Source: Octopus sinensis | Lineage: Eukaryota | Direction: 5' to 3' | DNA length: 64,000 bases | NCBI RefSeq assembly: GCF_006345805.1 | Contig: NC_043009.1 | Location: 3,410,001-3,474,000 of the forward strand | In this document: piece after piece, positions 43,116 through 54,937 of the stretch | Position numbering within the stretch: position 1 is the stretch's first letter | Layout: every line of letters starts with the position of its first letter | Notes under the pieces: model-generated | Database searches by the model: none | Told to the model about the DNA's origin: nothing | What the model saw: only the letters and a program-made list of their open reading frames with translations | Position numbers and translations under genes: made by a program

Positions 43116-45323
43116 TTTTTTTATTAATCCATGAGTTCCAGTATGAGGCAAAACAATAATTTTCATACTCGAGAAACACAGTGCAGACATTCTGTTGTGT
43201 AATCTTATTTATGTATACTGACAGTTGAAACTTGTTCCATGTTATATAGCGTGGAAATTATTTCTTTGGAATAACTGTTTAGTAAATATTTTACGCCTAA
43301 CTTAGGTATATTTTCTCGCCAGGGATGCGCAACAAACAATCCGAATGCCAAGTTTTCGGTGAAATATGAATCACTAAAATGGCTATATTGGTTTTGTTAC
43401 TGCTGCTTTCGAGTAATACTATGGAAGTCTTTTTATTATGCTTGCCTTATTTTGTTTTATAACTTGCTTGTTTTGTGGTAAACGTTTTGTTGAAAAATTT
43501 CACGTTAGACTGCTTCAAGCATATTTATGATAAAATCTGTCCCAGTATACTTTTCTTCAAGTATAATTTAGAACCTTGTTATGTCAATCTTCTTATCCTT
43601 TTTAAAAGAAAGTAGAAGGTGATTTCAAGATGATTTGCAACTCTGTTTTTCAGGTGGATCTTAATATCTCTCGCGTTGAATATTTACTCTCCTTTAGGTA
43701 TAATTCGGAGCCATTCTGAAACTTGTTAAGTAGATCAAAATATATTTCCCAACGGAAGAGTATTAATGCTGAAACATATTCACAGCCATTAGAATATTCA
43801 AGTAACTCGACGTCAGCTGAGACTACACAGTACATACTCTTCGAAACGCAGAGTGACATACAGGCCATTGCCAATCTTGCCATTACGCTGCTAAATGATA
43901 TATCTAATAAGCAAATTTCACCCAGTTCATTGTCATCATCCACAAATCTGTGTATATAACTTAGCCTCAACTTTTGTCCATTTCTCATGAATTTCGGCAT
44001 CCTGAAACTATTCTCTAACGTACGAGAGTTTGCTGAAAAGTTTTTGGCTTTGGGTAAAAGAAAATACTGGTGGGTCAGTTAATTATGATGTCATTCAACA
44101 TATTCTCCTCTCAAATTCACGCACTTCAGTTTTTCTAAGCGCTGCAAAAGAACTCGGAAGGCTGGGCCTCCAGCCAGGCTTTTCGCGATGTCCTTAAAAC
44201 CAGTAACGTTGTAGCACCCCCTCGTCTAATGGTAACATAAATCTCCAGAATAATAAGCAGAACCTGTCAAAGTTGCATAAACGTTTAGTACATATATTTC
44301 AATATGGCCACAAATTTTCTGGTAGTAAGCGTCAACAGTCAGGCGGTAATATACAATATACAACAAGAAAGACATAAGTGTTTGCAACGGCCACATGATA
44401 TTTAAGACACACTACTTTCCAGCCATTTTTTCAAAATTATTGACTACATAAAAAAGAGAACAAGTAGTTAGTTTAGACAATTCTATACTTTTAAATACGT
44501 TGCCGATATCCATTAAGCAAGGGGATCAACTACTAAAGCAGGTTATTTCTCGTGCTTTATCAAACATGTAAACAGAAACCATTATTAATAAATGACAGAA
44601 AAAGTACTTCATTTCCTAAGGGAGGAAATCTCCATATTCTGTTAAATATTTTACTTATATTACCATTCACAAAGAAACATAGAGAATAGAATAAGCGATT
44701 GTTACATAATGTATTACGAGCTATAAAACACCTAATTTGTAAAAATATTTTAAATCTACGAAATGTTTAACCATAGTTAGAGAATCTTCTGAATCTATTG
44801 TACAATTTCTATATTAATATCGACATAAGAGCATTACTAGCGCAATATATCAATGCTAAAGAAAGAAGCGTCTAATTTAATAAAAGTAAAAAGTCTAAGT
44901 TTGATTTAGTGACGGAAATCAGGAAATTGCGAAAAAAAATTTCCACAGAGAAATTCAGGAGCAACAGGAAACGGACATGATAAACATCCGAAAATATTGG
45001 TTCAAAAGAATGTTACACAAGATTCAGATTTATATTAAAAGTGAAACGTAAGGCTAAATACGATCATTGTTACGTACACATAAACTATACGTCAACATTG
45101 CAATATCTTATAATACTTTAGACGTTATTTGAAGGTCCTGCAGAGAGAAACGAGGATAACTTATTGCATCATAAACGTGATTATTCCAGATCGTTCCAGT
45201 TGGCGATTTGAAAACTACCACCCTCTCCTGATTGAGCAGCTGTACAGCAGACTCTAGGACCCTATACATTCAGCTTTATGACTTTACTGTCACGGGGGAC
45301 ATAACACTAATTCTCCCATGTTT

Positions 45324-45369
<46 letters not shown>

Positions 45370-45664
45370 ATATATAATATATATATATATATTATATATA
45401 TATATATGTATACATAGGTAAATGTCGAACGATGATAATTAGTGCTCAACACCGAGTTGACGGATATAATTTCTATATTTGTGAATTAAGGCTACCGATG
45501 GTTTCATCATAAGAAAAGTAGGAAAGCATTCCAGAGTCTTAACAATTTTTGAAGCTGATAACATGTAGAAAAGTGTTCTCCTCCATTTTGGAATACACAC
45601 ACATGCACACACACACATACACACATACACACAAAGAGATACAAACGCGCACACACACACATTT

Positions 45665-45982
45665 CTTTTACTTGTTTCAGACATTTGACTGCGGTCATGC
45701 TGGAGCACCGCATTTAGTTGAAGAAATCGATCCCAGGAATTATTATTTGTAAGCTTGGTACTTATTCTACTGGTCGCTTTTGCCAAACCGCTACGTTACA
45801 GGGAGGTAAACAAACCAACATCAGTTGTCAAGTGATGATGGTGGGGGGACAAGCACAGACACATGACAGGCTTCTTTCAGTTTCCGTCTACCAAATTCAC
45901 TGACATGGCTTTGGTCGGCTGGAGGGTATGGTAGAAGACATCTGTCCAAGGTTCCACGCAGTAGAACTGAACCTGGAACCAT
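45665..45982 (-). mobile_element. SINE family A
   Basis: Colinear with the other A copies; lacks the central microsatellite. Confidence 0.85.
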
Positions 45983-46334
45983 ATATACAAGTCTGCGTGT
46001 GTACGTTTATGTGCTATACATATTTATGGAGAATATAAAATAAAACATTTTACACCGTAAAAACAGGAGCGAGAGAGAGGAGGGAGAGAGGGGGAGAGAG
46101 GCATTGGTGGTCAATGGAAACTACATAGAACAAAGATAATCAGAATCGTATGGGAAAGCAAGTTATAAGAAGAAGCATTGAGCTCTGTATATAAAGGGAA
46201 GACTTAAGCTATAATTTAGTAGATAAAAATAATAGAAACATGTTTACATTCGGAAAAGTCAATAATTAAAGAAACGCCGGGAAACGCTTAAGAAAAATTA
46301 AAAAGAAAATGCTTTCATATGATCAATATAAGTC

Positions 46335-46745
46335 GCAGGATTGGCTGTGTGATAAGTAGCTTGCTTACCAACCACATGGTTCCGGGTTCAGTCCCACTGC
46401 GTGGCACCTTGGCAAGTGTCTTCTACTATAATCTCGAGTCCACCAAAGACTTATGAGTGAATTTGGTAGACGGAAACTGAAAGAAACCCGTCGTCTCTCT
46501 CTCTCTCTATATATATATATGTGTATGTATGTATATATATATGTGTATGCGTTTGTGTGACTGTTTGTCTTCCCCAACATCGTTTGACAACCGATGCTGG
46601 TGTGTTTACGTCCCCGTAACTTAGTGGTTCGGCAAATGTGCCCGATAGAATAAGTACTAGGCTTACAAAGAATAAGTCCTGGGGCTGATTTCCTCGACTA
46701 AAGGCGGTGCTCCAGCATGACCGTAGTCAAATGACTGAAACAAAT
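46335..46745 (+). mobile_element. SINE family A, full length
   Basis: aggattggctgtgtgataagtagcttgcttaccaaccacatggttccgggttcagtcccactgcg...gtcaaatgactgaaacaaataaa. Confidence 0.9.
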
Positions 46746-47319
46746 AAACAGAAAAAAAGGGAAAAAAAAGAAAAAGAAAAAGGAATAAAACAAACTAGAT
46801 AGAGAGAAAATAGTTGAAATAAAAAGACAGCAATGGTTCAAATTTTTGGAAAGGACGCAAAATAGCAAGATCTGAACTTGGTTGGAAAAGATCAATGCCT
46901 AATGATAAAACCACGCAAAGAGAAAAATAAAACGGGAGACTATCATAAGTTGTAGACTAAGCAATCAACCTAAAATATCGACTCCATCATTACCTGAAGC
47001 TTATTTGTTGCGACGAGTGAATTTATCAACACACATGATTGGTTATGTGGCTGTATCCATTGGGTATTTCATGTAACGATTCATGTGAACATTGAGAATA
47101 AGTCGTATATACGCAACAAAAGCTGGATCAAATTGATATATACTGTTTCTGTTTTTTTTCCTTTGTTTTTGTCTCGTGTTACTCTTTCTACCAATGTTTA
47201 CCTAATAAATGTCTGATTTTTTTTCTTCCTGCTGCCGCTGTTCTTCCATATCTAAATTATGTAATCAGTGTGCATAACATATCTGCTCTGATTCACATTA
47301 CAAGTTTATTTCATATGAC

Positions 47320-47750
47320 GGATCTTTTCGGTTTGAACGGCAGTTTTTCTAACGGTGTCATATGAAATTGTCAGCCATAATTATGACCCTAGTATCGATC
47401 TATTGTATTTCAATCTGTTTTAGGGTTAGGGTTAGTTAGGGTTAGTTAGGTTTCGGGTTAGGGTTTATCTTTTTTTCTTCACAATTGTAAATAATCCCAA
47501 TCTGTTTCTTAAACGAGGGACATATTTATACGGCACAGAATGTTTTTTTACCTCAATAGACGTCAGTGAGTGGTTGAAATAGCAGAAATTGAAGAAAAAA
47601 GCAACAAATATCTTACAAACCATAGAATTTTCTCAATAAAGCCAAGAGAAAAAGATGTTTTATAAACACATTCAACCAGTATACGAAGTTTAAAATTTTT
47701 TAGTTACCTAGAAATTATGTTAAAAACTGCCGTTCAAACCGAAAAGGTCC
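47320..47750. mobile_element. 431-bp MITE with about 30-bp TIRs, 8-bp TSD and an internal telomere-like repeat
   Basis: TIR gga(t/c)cttttcggtttgaacggcagttttt at both ends; flanks catatgac (47312-47319) and tatatgac (47751-47758); (TTAGGG)-like tract at 47420-47466. Confidence 0.85.
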
Positions 47751-47814
47751 TATATGACCATGATTCGAACACCTTTCGCACACGAGAGCGCATTCACACA
47801 CACATACGCACGTG

Positions 47815-48320
47815 GCCCTGACCACGGATAATTTAATATCAGTTAATTGGCCCTGACCACGGATACTTTAATATCAGTACCTGGAAAATACGTTGAAGTT
47901 GTTATTCCAATCATTCATCTGGTTTGAAAAGATATATCCAAGTGTAGATGATTTATCTAGAAATTTCTGGAGATATTCATCCGGTAACCGTTTGATTGTT
48001 ATGAGACCCTTTCCTCCCCTTATATGTGTTGACATGATTTTAAACAGACCAGAGTCAGTTAAAGTGAAATAGTTCTGGCGTAATGTCATTATGTGATGCG
48101 AGCAAAAATTTGTAGAGGAATGGCGCGGATGAATCTTAAAGATGTTGCCTATATCATGTAGGCGATACTGTTTGAATATTTTATACATCAAGCAAATGAT
48201 ATAGCGCTCATATCGTTGTTGGAATGAATCAATTTTAAGCTTCTCCAGCTGATCCCAATAATCAAGACCTGTCGTGTTTATTTTTTTTCTTTGTGAGGGA
48301 TATCTGAGTTTCATCAATTT
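47815..48320 (-). mobile_element. CR1/L2-type LINE 3' end
   Basis: ORF 47874-48317: LDYWDQLEKLKIDSFQQRYERYIICLMYKI...FK..P..LQKF, the typical post-RT C-terminus; 35-bp tandem duplication at the 3' terminus (47815-47877). Confidence 0.8.
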
Positions 48321-48392
48321 ATATATATTTTTTCGTCTAGGGAGATGATAGTAAACAACAGTGTGTTTATATATACATGCATATACATAGAC

Positions 48393-48795
48393 GTAGGAGT
48401 TGGCTGTGTGGTAAGTAGCTTATTTACGAACCACATGATGTGGTAAGTAGCTTACTTACAAACCACATGGTTCCGAGTTCAGTCCCAATGCGTGCCACCT
48501 TGGGTAAGTGTCGACCAAAGCCTTGTAAGTGGATTTTGGAGACGGAAAATGGAAGAAGTCCGTTGAATATATGTATATATATGTATGTGTGTATATGTTT
48601 GTGTGTCTGTGTTTGTGTCCCCACCATCGTTTGACAACCGATGTTGGTGTGTTTACTTAGCGGTTCGGCAAAATAGACCGATAGAATAAGTACTAGGCTT
48701 ACAAAGAATGAGTCCTGGGGTCGATTTGCTCGACTAAAGGCGGTGCTCCAGCATGGCCACAGTCAAATAACTGAAACAAGTAAAAGAATAAAAGA
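48393..48795 (+). mobile_element. SINE family A with a short head duplication
   Basis: gtggtaagtagctta.ttac.aaccacatg occurs twice in tandem at the head; the body is colinear with 46335. Confidence 0.85.
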
Positions 48796-49629
48796 GTAAA
48801 GAGTAGGTACCCCCACCACACACACACACACGCACACACCCGCGCAGGCATATGTATGTGTCTAAACTCATCCGAATGCACGCACTCCATTAGAGTAAAA
48901 CAACTTAAGACGAAATTGAACTGTTGCAAAAGTGACAAGAAATGCTACCCAGCATATTGCAATTCGATACTCTGAGCTCTCATGTATTATATTTTTGTAG
49001 CGTATCCGGAATTGAAGTTGAATCTAAAAAGAATGCACAGAAACTTCTTGTCAGTTTGACTGACACGATTAAACTAGTAGAGTGTATTCGAAGAAAATAA
49101 CTCTGAATATTCGCTTTTATTTAACGGCAATATCGTGACTTTTCTTAAGTAAACACACCGCCATCATTCTACCTCACACCATGAAAATGTAATTATTTTG
49201 TCGCTTGATAATTACTAAATCTGACATGTAGTTAAATCACCAAAACCCGTCTTACTAAATTTCAGGCAAAATACTATAGGTCTAATAAATCAAAGAGACG
49301 GAAATATTTTCACTCATTTCACGCCAACACATGCATGAAATGGGAAATGGAATGTTTAGTGTTCTTACAAATGACGCATAACATCGTGTCTAGCACATTT
49401 GACTTCTTCCACTTTCATTTCATTGGAAAAAATAAAATAAATTAAAATAAAAACACCCAAACGAATGCAGTTTTTTTTTCTTTTTTACTTCATGTAAGCT
49501 TTATTCGCGTTGCTAGAATTCTTGCTATTCGTGATGAAAGGTGTTATCCTATTGTCTACATATTTTATCAGTAGAACATTTAATATATACAATAGAGACT
49601 AAATAACAAACTCTGCAAAATATTCTAAA

Positions 49630-50275
49630 GTTTGTGATTGGCTGTAAGATGGAAAGGAATTTGCATATCGGTTATCGCTAATCTTAAACGAACTGAAATG
49701 CTGTTGAACAAAAGTGTGGAACCGATATTAGTATCTAATATTGGCTTCAGATTTTGGAACAAAGCGAGCAATTCTAGGGGAGGGGTAAGTCGATTACTTA
49801 CTAGTTCTTATTGTATCGGTCCTGAAAGGATGATAGGTAAATTCGACTCCGGCTGCATTTGAACCCAGAACGTAAAGACAGACGAAATCTCGCTAAGCAT
49901 TTTGCACGCCAAGGTATCGATTTTATCAACGCTCTTCCTTTAGTTAGTTTATAATATTAGCATTAAATTCAAATTCCGCCGAAGTCGACTTTGCATTTCA
50001 TCCTTCCAGAGTCGACAAAATAATCGACTCACCCACTTCATAGAAACTGCTGGCCTTGTGCCAAAATTAGAAACTAATATTAGCTTTAAATTTTGACACA
50101 AGGCCAACAATTTCGGGAGAGAGGTTAAGTCGATTACATTGATTCCAGTGCTCAACTTGTACTTAATTATATCGACACCGAAAGGATGAAAGGAAAAATG
50201 GACCCCGGCGGCAGACGGACAAACTACTGCTAAGCTTCTTAGCGGACGAGCTAACGATTACCCCGGTTCGCCGTC
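49630..50275 (-). mobile_element. cluster of 2-3 family D SINE pieces
   Basis: Repeated aaaggatga.agg.aaa.tcgac.ccggc.g.atttgaac and gtcgattac motifs, in mixed orientation. Confidence 0.7.
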
Positions 50276-51860
50276 TTCGCTAATTTCTAACATTGATAGA
50301 AATGAAACATGAAAATCCAATATTTAAAAAGACATCCACTCAACATTTTTACATTTCCAATTATGTAAATGAATACAATAAAATTTTACTGAAAATCATA
50401 TATTAAAATTCGTTTAAAATATGCATTTTGTACTATTGTAAAATTGTCCAAAAAAAAAAAGGGAACGAAAGCTAACAAAGATAAAGTCAAGTATGGAACT
50501 AAAGTCAAAATAAGTATTTGTTTTCTCTTTCAATATTGTGTTTAAAACGAATCGTATTTGTCTTGGCAATTTAATATTTTATAGTCAAAACATTTCAATT
50601 ACACCTACTCCAAAAGAAATGTTCGTGATTACATTTATGACATATTTCTTGCTTAGACAGGCACCATCTAATGCGAAGCATATGCGGTTGCAGCGAGAAA
50701 ATACGGTATTAGCATCATACATACCTAAATAAAATAGTTGTGATGGAATTAAAGCATTTACTTCAATAGATCAATAAATTTCAAATTACAGCCTTCAAAT
50801 TCATCCGAAAACTTTCGTCTTGACTAATTTAAATATCATTGATGTCTAACTCGGAACACTGGTCGATATTACGAATTATGTTTGAGAAATAAATAATACC
50901 TGTCAGGATTTGAACACAGAACATAAAGAAACAAACGTGATAACAGACATTACTAAGGGTTTTTGATTCTTCAGCCATATTTCCATTCCACCTGCATCAG
51001 CGATATTAATAGCAGCCGTAGTTTTACTCAAAATCAAAAGCATAAATATTTCCATAAATTGTTAAATAAAGTATTAAGTATTAATACTTAATAAAGTATA
51101 AAGTATTTACAATAGCCTATTTTTGGTAATAGTTTTAATCGATAAACATGTAATCCTATCAGCTTAAGAATATTCGTCTTATCACTCCGTTCTTCAAAGA
51201 ACCCTTACATCTATCAACATCAAAGAGCTAATTTAGTATACAAACGGTGCGAGGAAATAACTTATCTAAGTAAATATTTAATAGCCCATTGTGTAGGGAA
51301 ATGTTTCTATTTTGAATAAGGCATTTCTTAAATAAGACCTATAATTGCATTTCTTATGGACGTGTGCTCTGCTTGTAGATCATTAATTTTGAAAGCGTAC
51401 ACTCCATGACTTGGCAATATTGTTGACCTAAATAACGTGTAAGTTATATAATTGTAGATATTTAGCTTGTATTTAATCAGTAAGAATGCAATGCAACTGG
51501 TTAGATATTGCAACGTTAAAGGCTTTGCAGTAATTACTTTTGTTCGTAATAGATCTTACTTTAAATACCACGGGTGTTTATTCTAAATTTTGTCCATCTC
51601 ATGATTGTTAGAATAAATGCCTTCATAATTGTTATTCTTTGCGCTTAATGAAAATATCGTTCATATAGATATAACATATAAATTGTTAATATATTATACA
51701 AGAGATATATGCAAAAGTGCGTTAGTGGAATCATTAAGGCATCGGTAAAATTATTTGAGCTGAGTGTTCCCGTTCATTGTATCTGAGTTCAAATCCCACC
51801 GATGCTTTTCAAAATCCCATTCATGCTATTCAAAACACACACTTTGCTCATTCATATATA

Positions 51861-51950
51861 GGCCAACAGGTGTAGGAGTCTGACGATACGCCATAAACGT
51901 AAACTCTTTATGGACGGGAAACCCAGGGTAATCCCATAAACTGGCCTTAT
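51861..51950 (+). ncRNA. candidate degenerate type I hammerhead ribozyme
   Basis: CUGACGA at 51880, stem II CCAUAAA/UUUAUGG, GAAA at 51918, stem III ACCC-A-GGGU, GUA site; the closing G10.1-C11.1 pair is absent. Confidence 0.4.
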
Positions 51951-52447
51951 ATATATATGTATATATAAATAGATGAGTGTATTTTACCTTGTTAACAATT
52001 AACACGGATAAATGAATGAATAGTTACCAGGGCAGCAAAATATCACAAGTAAAGATGTTGTAACTCCTTGTTTATAAAGGTTGAAACTTCGTGTTTACGT
52101 TGAATATTTGAATAATAGGAATAAAAAATGGAGTCAACGCAGGTTTAAACAAGTATTTTTTCTTTCTACATATGTTTCAAAAATTCCACTGATACTTATT
52201 CAAAAGAATAAAAGGTATAAACAATGCAATCTTCTCTTCGGGAAAGTGAAAAAACGAAACTTGTCAATACGACATTTTAGCAAAAAATGATGGATTCGTA
52301 TAGCGATAGACAGAACGCTATTAATATTGTTTAAAAAAACGTTATATGATATAACGTCATAAGTAGCTAACAGAAAGAGTAGGGATATTAATAGTGAATG
52401 TTAAATATAAAGGAAATTAAAGTCTAAACTATATATAATGATAGAGA

Positions 52448-53873
52448 CTACTTATATGCACTAAAAGTATGCTTTTGCCAATGCTTACATCTGTATGCTC
52501 GTTCTATAACCGTGTTTACTAGAGTATTTTTAGAAAAAATAATGAAAAATAGCTCAGTATTGCAGAGAAGACAGAATTTCTTGCCTTTGTCATATGGTAT
52601 CGAAATTGAGAGGATCAACCATTCCAAATGAAATTGTTCATTGTGGTCTTTTAAATTCCAAATCAGTTTGCTGAGACCGGTACTATTCCGTTTATTTCTA
52701 TCTCTAAATGTTGAGTAATGGATAGAAATTCTCTTAGATAACTCTAACGATGTGCTTCCAATGTAAAATCGTACTTTATTACGAGTACTGATTATACACT
52801 GGTATATAGAATTTTTAATCTTAGAGTTACTTGACATAAATTTAATTCTATTAGGATTGACTTCAGATACAATAACCTTGTTATTAATATTCCTAGAGGG
52901 TTGGATGGTAGTAGCTAAATTAATGTTAGTATTAGTAAATGTATTAATATTTAACAGTTTGTTATTATGAGAAGATATAATTTGCAAGAGATTTTTTGTG
53001 TTTGAAAAACCTATCCTAACCTTATGTGAATTAATTATAGAGTAATATCTAGAATTATTTGGAAAATTCCTAGCATAGCTTGACGAAACAGTAGTGGGAG
53101 ATTAGATTTAATTTGTCTCCCGTAAGGAATTATTAACCAAATATTTTTACTAGTATTCATAGCGTAATTACTTTTGAAGGTGTTATATTTACTTTTAGAT
53201 CGGTAATAGGGGAATAAATAAGGGTTATCTGCCTTCATTCGCTTTGTATCGGTGCGTAAGTTATGTTTGTTATCAATAATTCTTTTACGACTAGAATCTT
53301 ATCTACATTATTGAATTTACAATTAGACTGAGCAGAATCAATGTAGAAAATGTTTTCTGTATAACCTGCTTTGATTAAGGCAGAGTTATAGAATTCAGCG
53401 TTATTATTGAAAATATCAACATTAGCAGATAATTTAGATAATCTAAATGAAATATTCTTAACTAAATTCTTAGTAATTGCTCCAGGATGATTACTAAATT
53501 TGCTAATGTACTTAAGATATAGACCTCCATAAATGTTAGGGAACTCTTCAGCCATTTCAAAAAGAATGTATATACAGACCAAATCAGCTATCTGTGCTGA
53601 ATCAGAACTTCCCATAGGTATATCGAAACTATCTGGTGTGTCTTTACGGACCCACAACTTATCATCAAATTTAATAATAGATCTTCTGGCTGCCAACACA
53701 ACATTAATTTCTTCTTGGGTGAGACCAGCTTTGTTATGAGCAAGCCGAAGTGCCGATTTTTAAGCCCATTCTACTGTAAAAATTAACTAAACTGTTCTTA
53801 ACTTTTTGTACCTTTTGGTTAGAAACATTTTGGAGGTAAAGTAAACAATCATCACGATATAGACCTCCATAAA
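52448..53873 (-). mobile_element. Naiad-like Penelope-like element, 5'-truncated and rearranged (partial RT plus GIY-YIG)
   Basis: FDIPMGSSDSAQIADLVCIYIL and YGGLYRDD (RT); SNHP; IISSHNNKLL; SIYQ..FYIGST..KRISIH.STF..NSTGLSKLIW.LK..C.LC..E..RCKH (GIY-YIG with C-terminal Cys/His). The clade call is from my recall of the consensus. Confidence 0.85.
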
Positions 53874-53929
53874 ATATTTAATATTAAGGGTAATATATCT
53901 ATGGAGACTTAGAACTTTCAAAACAAGAG

Positions 53930-54465
53930 AAAAAGAAACCATGATGGTCGTGTGGTGGACGTTTGTTCTCAGCCCTCTTGATTACTGTTCGCAAATATGG
54001 TCACCAAACCGTGTAAAAGTAACAACGGAACTCGAGGCGATCCACCGAAGCTATAGAAAGGAGATTGACACAATGTAACATATCAACTACTGAGAGAGAG
54101 AGAGCTGTAGAGTTAAGACACTACACGCTGGAGCGAAGGCGGGAAAGATATGTATTAATATATATCTGGAAAATACTCGATTTAAAATCAGGAACGGCAA
54201 CAGCTTGAGTTTCAAAAGCCCACAGCTCGTCAACATCCTCCCACAAAGCCTGAGAAATCTGTTGTGTTGTGGATGTAAGCTTTTTCAAATCAAACCTGGA
54301 TGTCCTTCTGTCGAGTGTTCTGGATGAACCTACCTCAAGGCAAGAAACACAGGTGAGGGCAGCATCGTCAAACTCCCTCATCAACCAAATGTCACACATG
54401 AGAGGAAGTTCAATGAAAGTGTAGCAAAGTAAACGGCGGTGACCTGACATGGTCTCAGTCCTTGG
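53930..54465 (+). mobile_element. CR1/L2-type LINE 3' end
   Basis: LDYCSQIWSP...ELEAIHRS...YTLERRRERYVLIYIWKIL...NILPQSLRNL...FKSNLD..VLDEP across frameshifts and a deletion. Confidence 0.85.
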
Positions 54466-54582
54466 ACGTTTGAATTCAGAATTTGTATTGAGTAGATAGC
54501 AGTTGACACATTATTCTTGCCCGACGGGACACATTTTAAGCCGCAAGGTACGTTTTTGTACTAATTTCCATATACAGGGAAT

Positions 54583-54644
54583 GTTCTCCTGACGAGAAGA
54601 ATGGATCAAATTTTGGTGCCAAATTCGAAATTGCAATAGAGGGC
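54583..54644 (+). ncRNA. candidate minimal type I hammerhead ribozyme with canonical core
   Basis: Stem I GUUCUC/GAGGGC; CUGACGA at 54589-54595; G54596-C54626; GAAA at 54627-54630; palindromic stem III AUUGCAAU; predicted cleavage after A54638 (AUA). Confidence 0.65.
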
Positions 54645-54848
54645 TAACCATTTATTTTAAGTTAAATTTTGAATTTTTATATCGTCGCTCTACGACAGCT
54701 TTCGTGGTTGAGGAGATATAATATGAGTGGTTATAGTGGCTTCATAGCGGTTTTAAGTGCCATTTTGAGGCATGTAAGTTTTTTTATAACCCTCTCAGTT
54801 ATAATTGTGAGTTATTCCCAATTATACGTTCTTTTTATATATACATAT

Positions 54849-54937
<89 letters not shown>

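Noticed and set aside
51072-51093. Perfect 22-bp palindrome TATTAAGTATTAATACTTAATA
   Set aside because: Very AT-rich, single occurrence, no associated element.
52260-52987. Selenocysteine recoding in the Naiad-like PLE (reported for some Naiad elements)
   Set aside because: The GIY-YIG frame has ordinary Cys codons and no in-frame TGA; I could not fold a convincing SECIS downstream.
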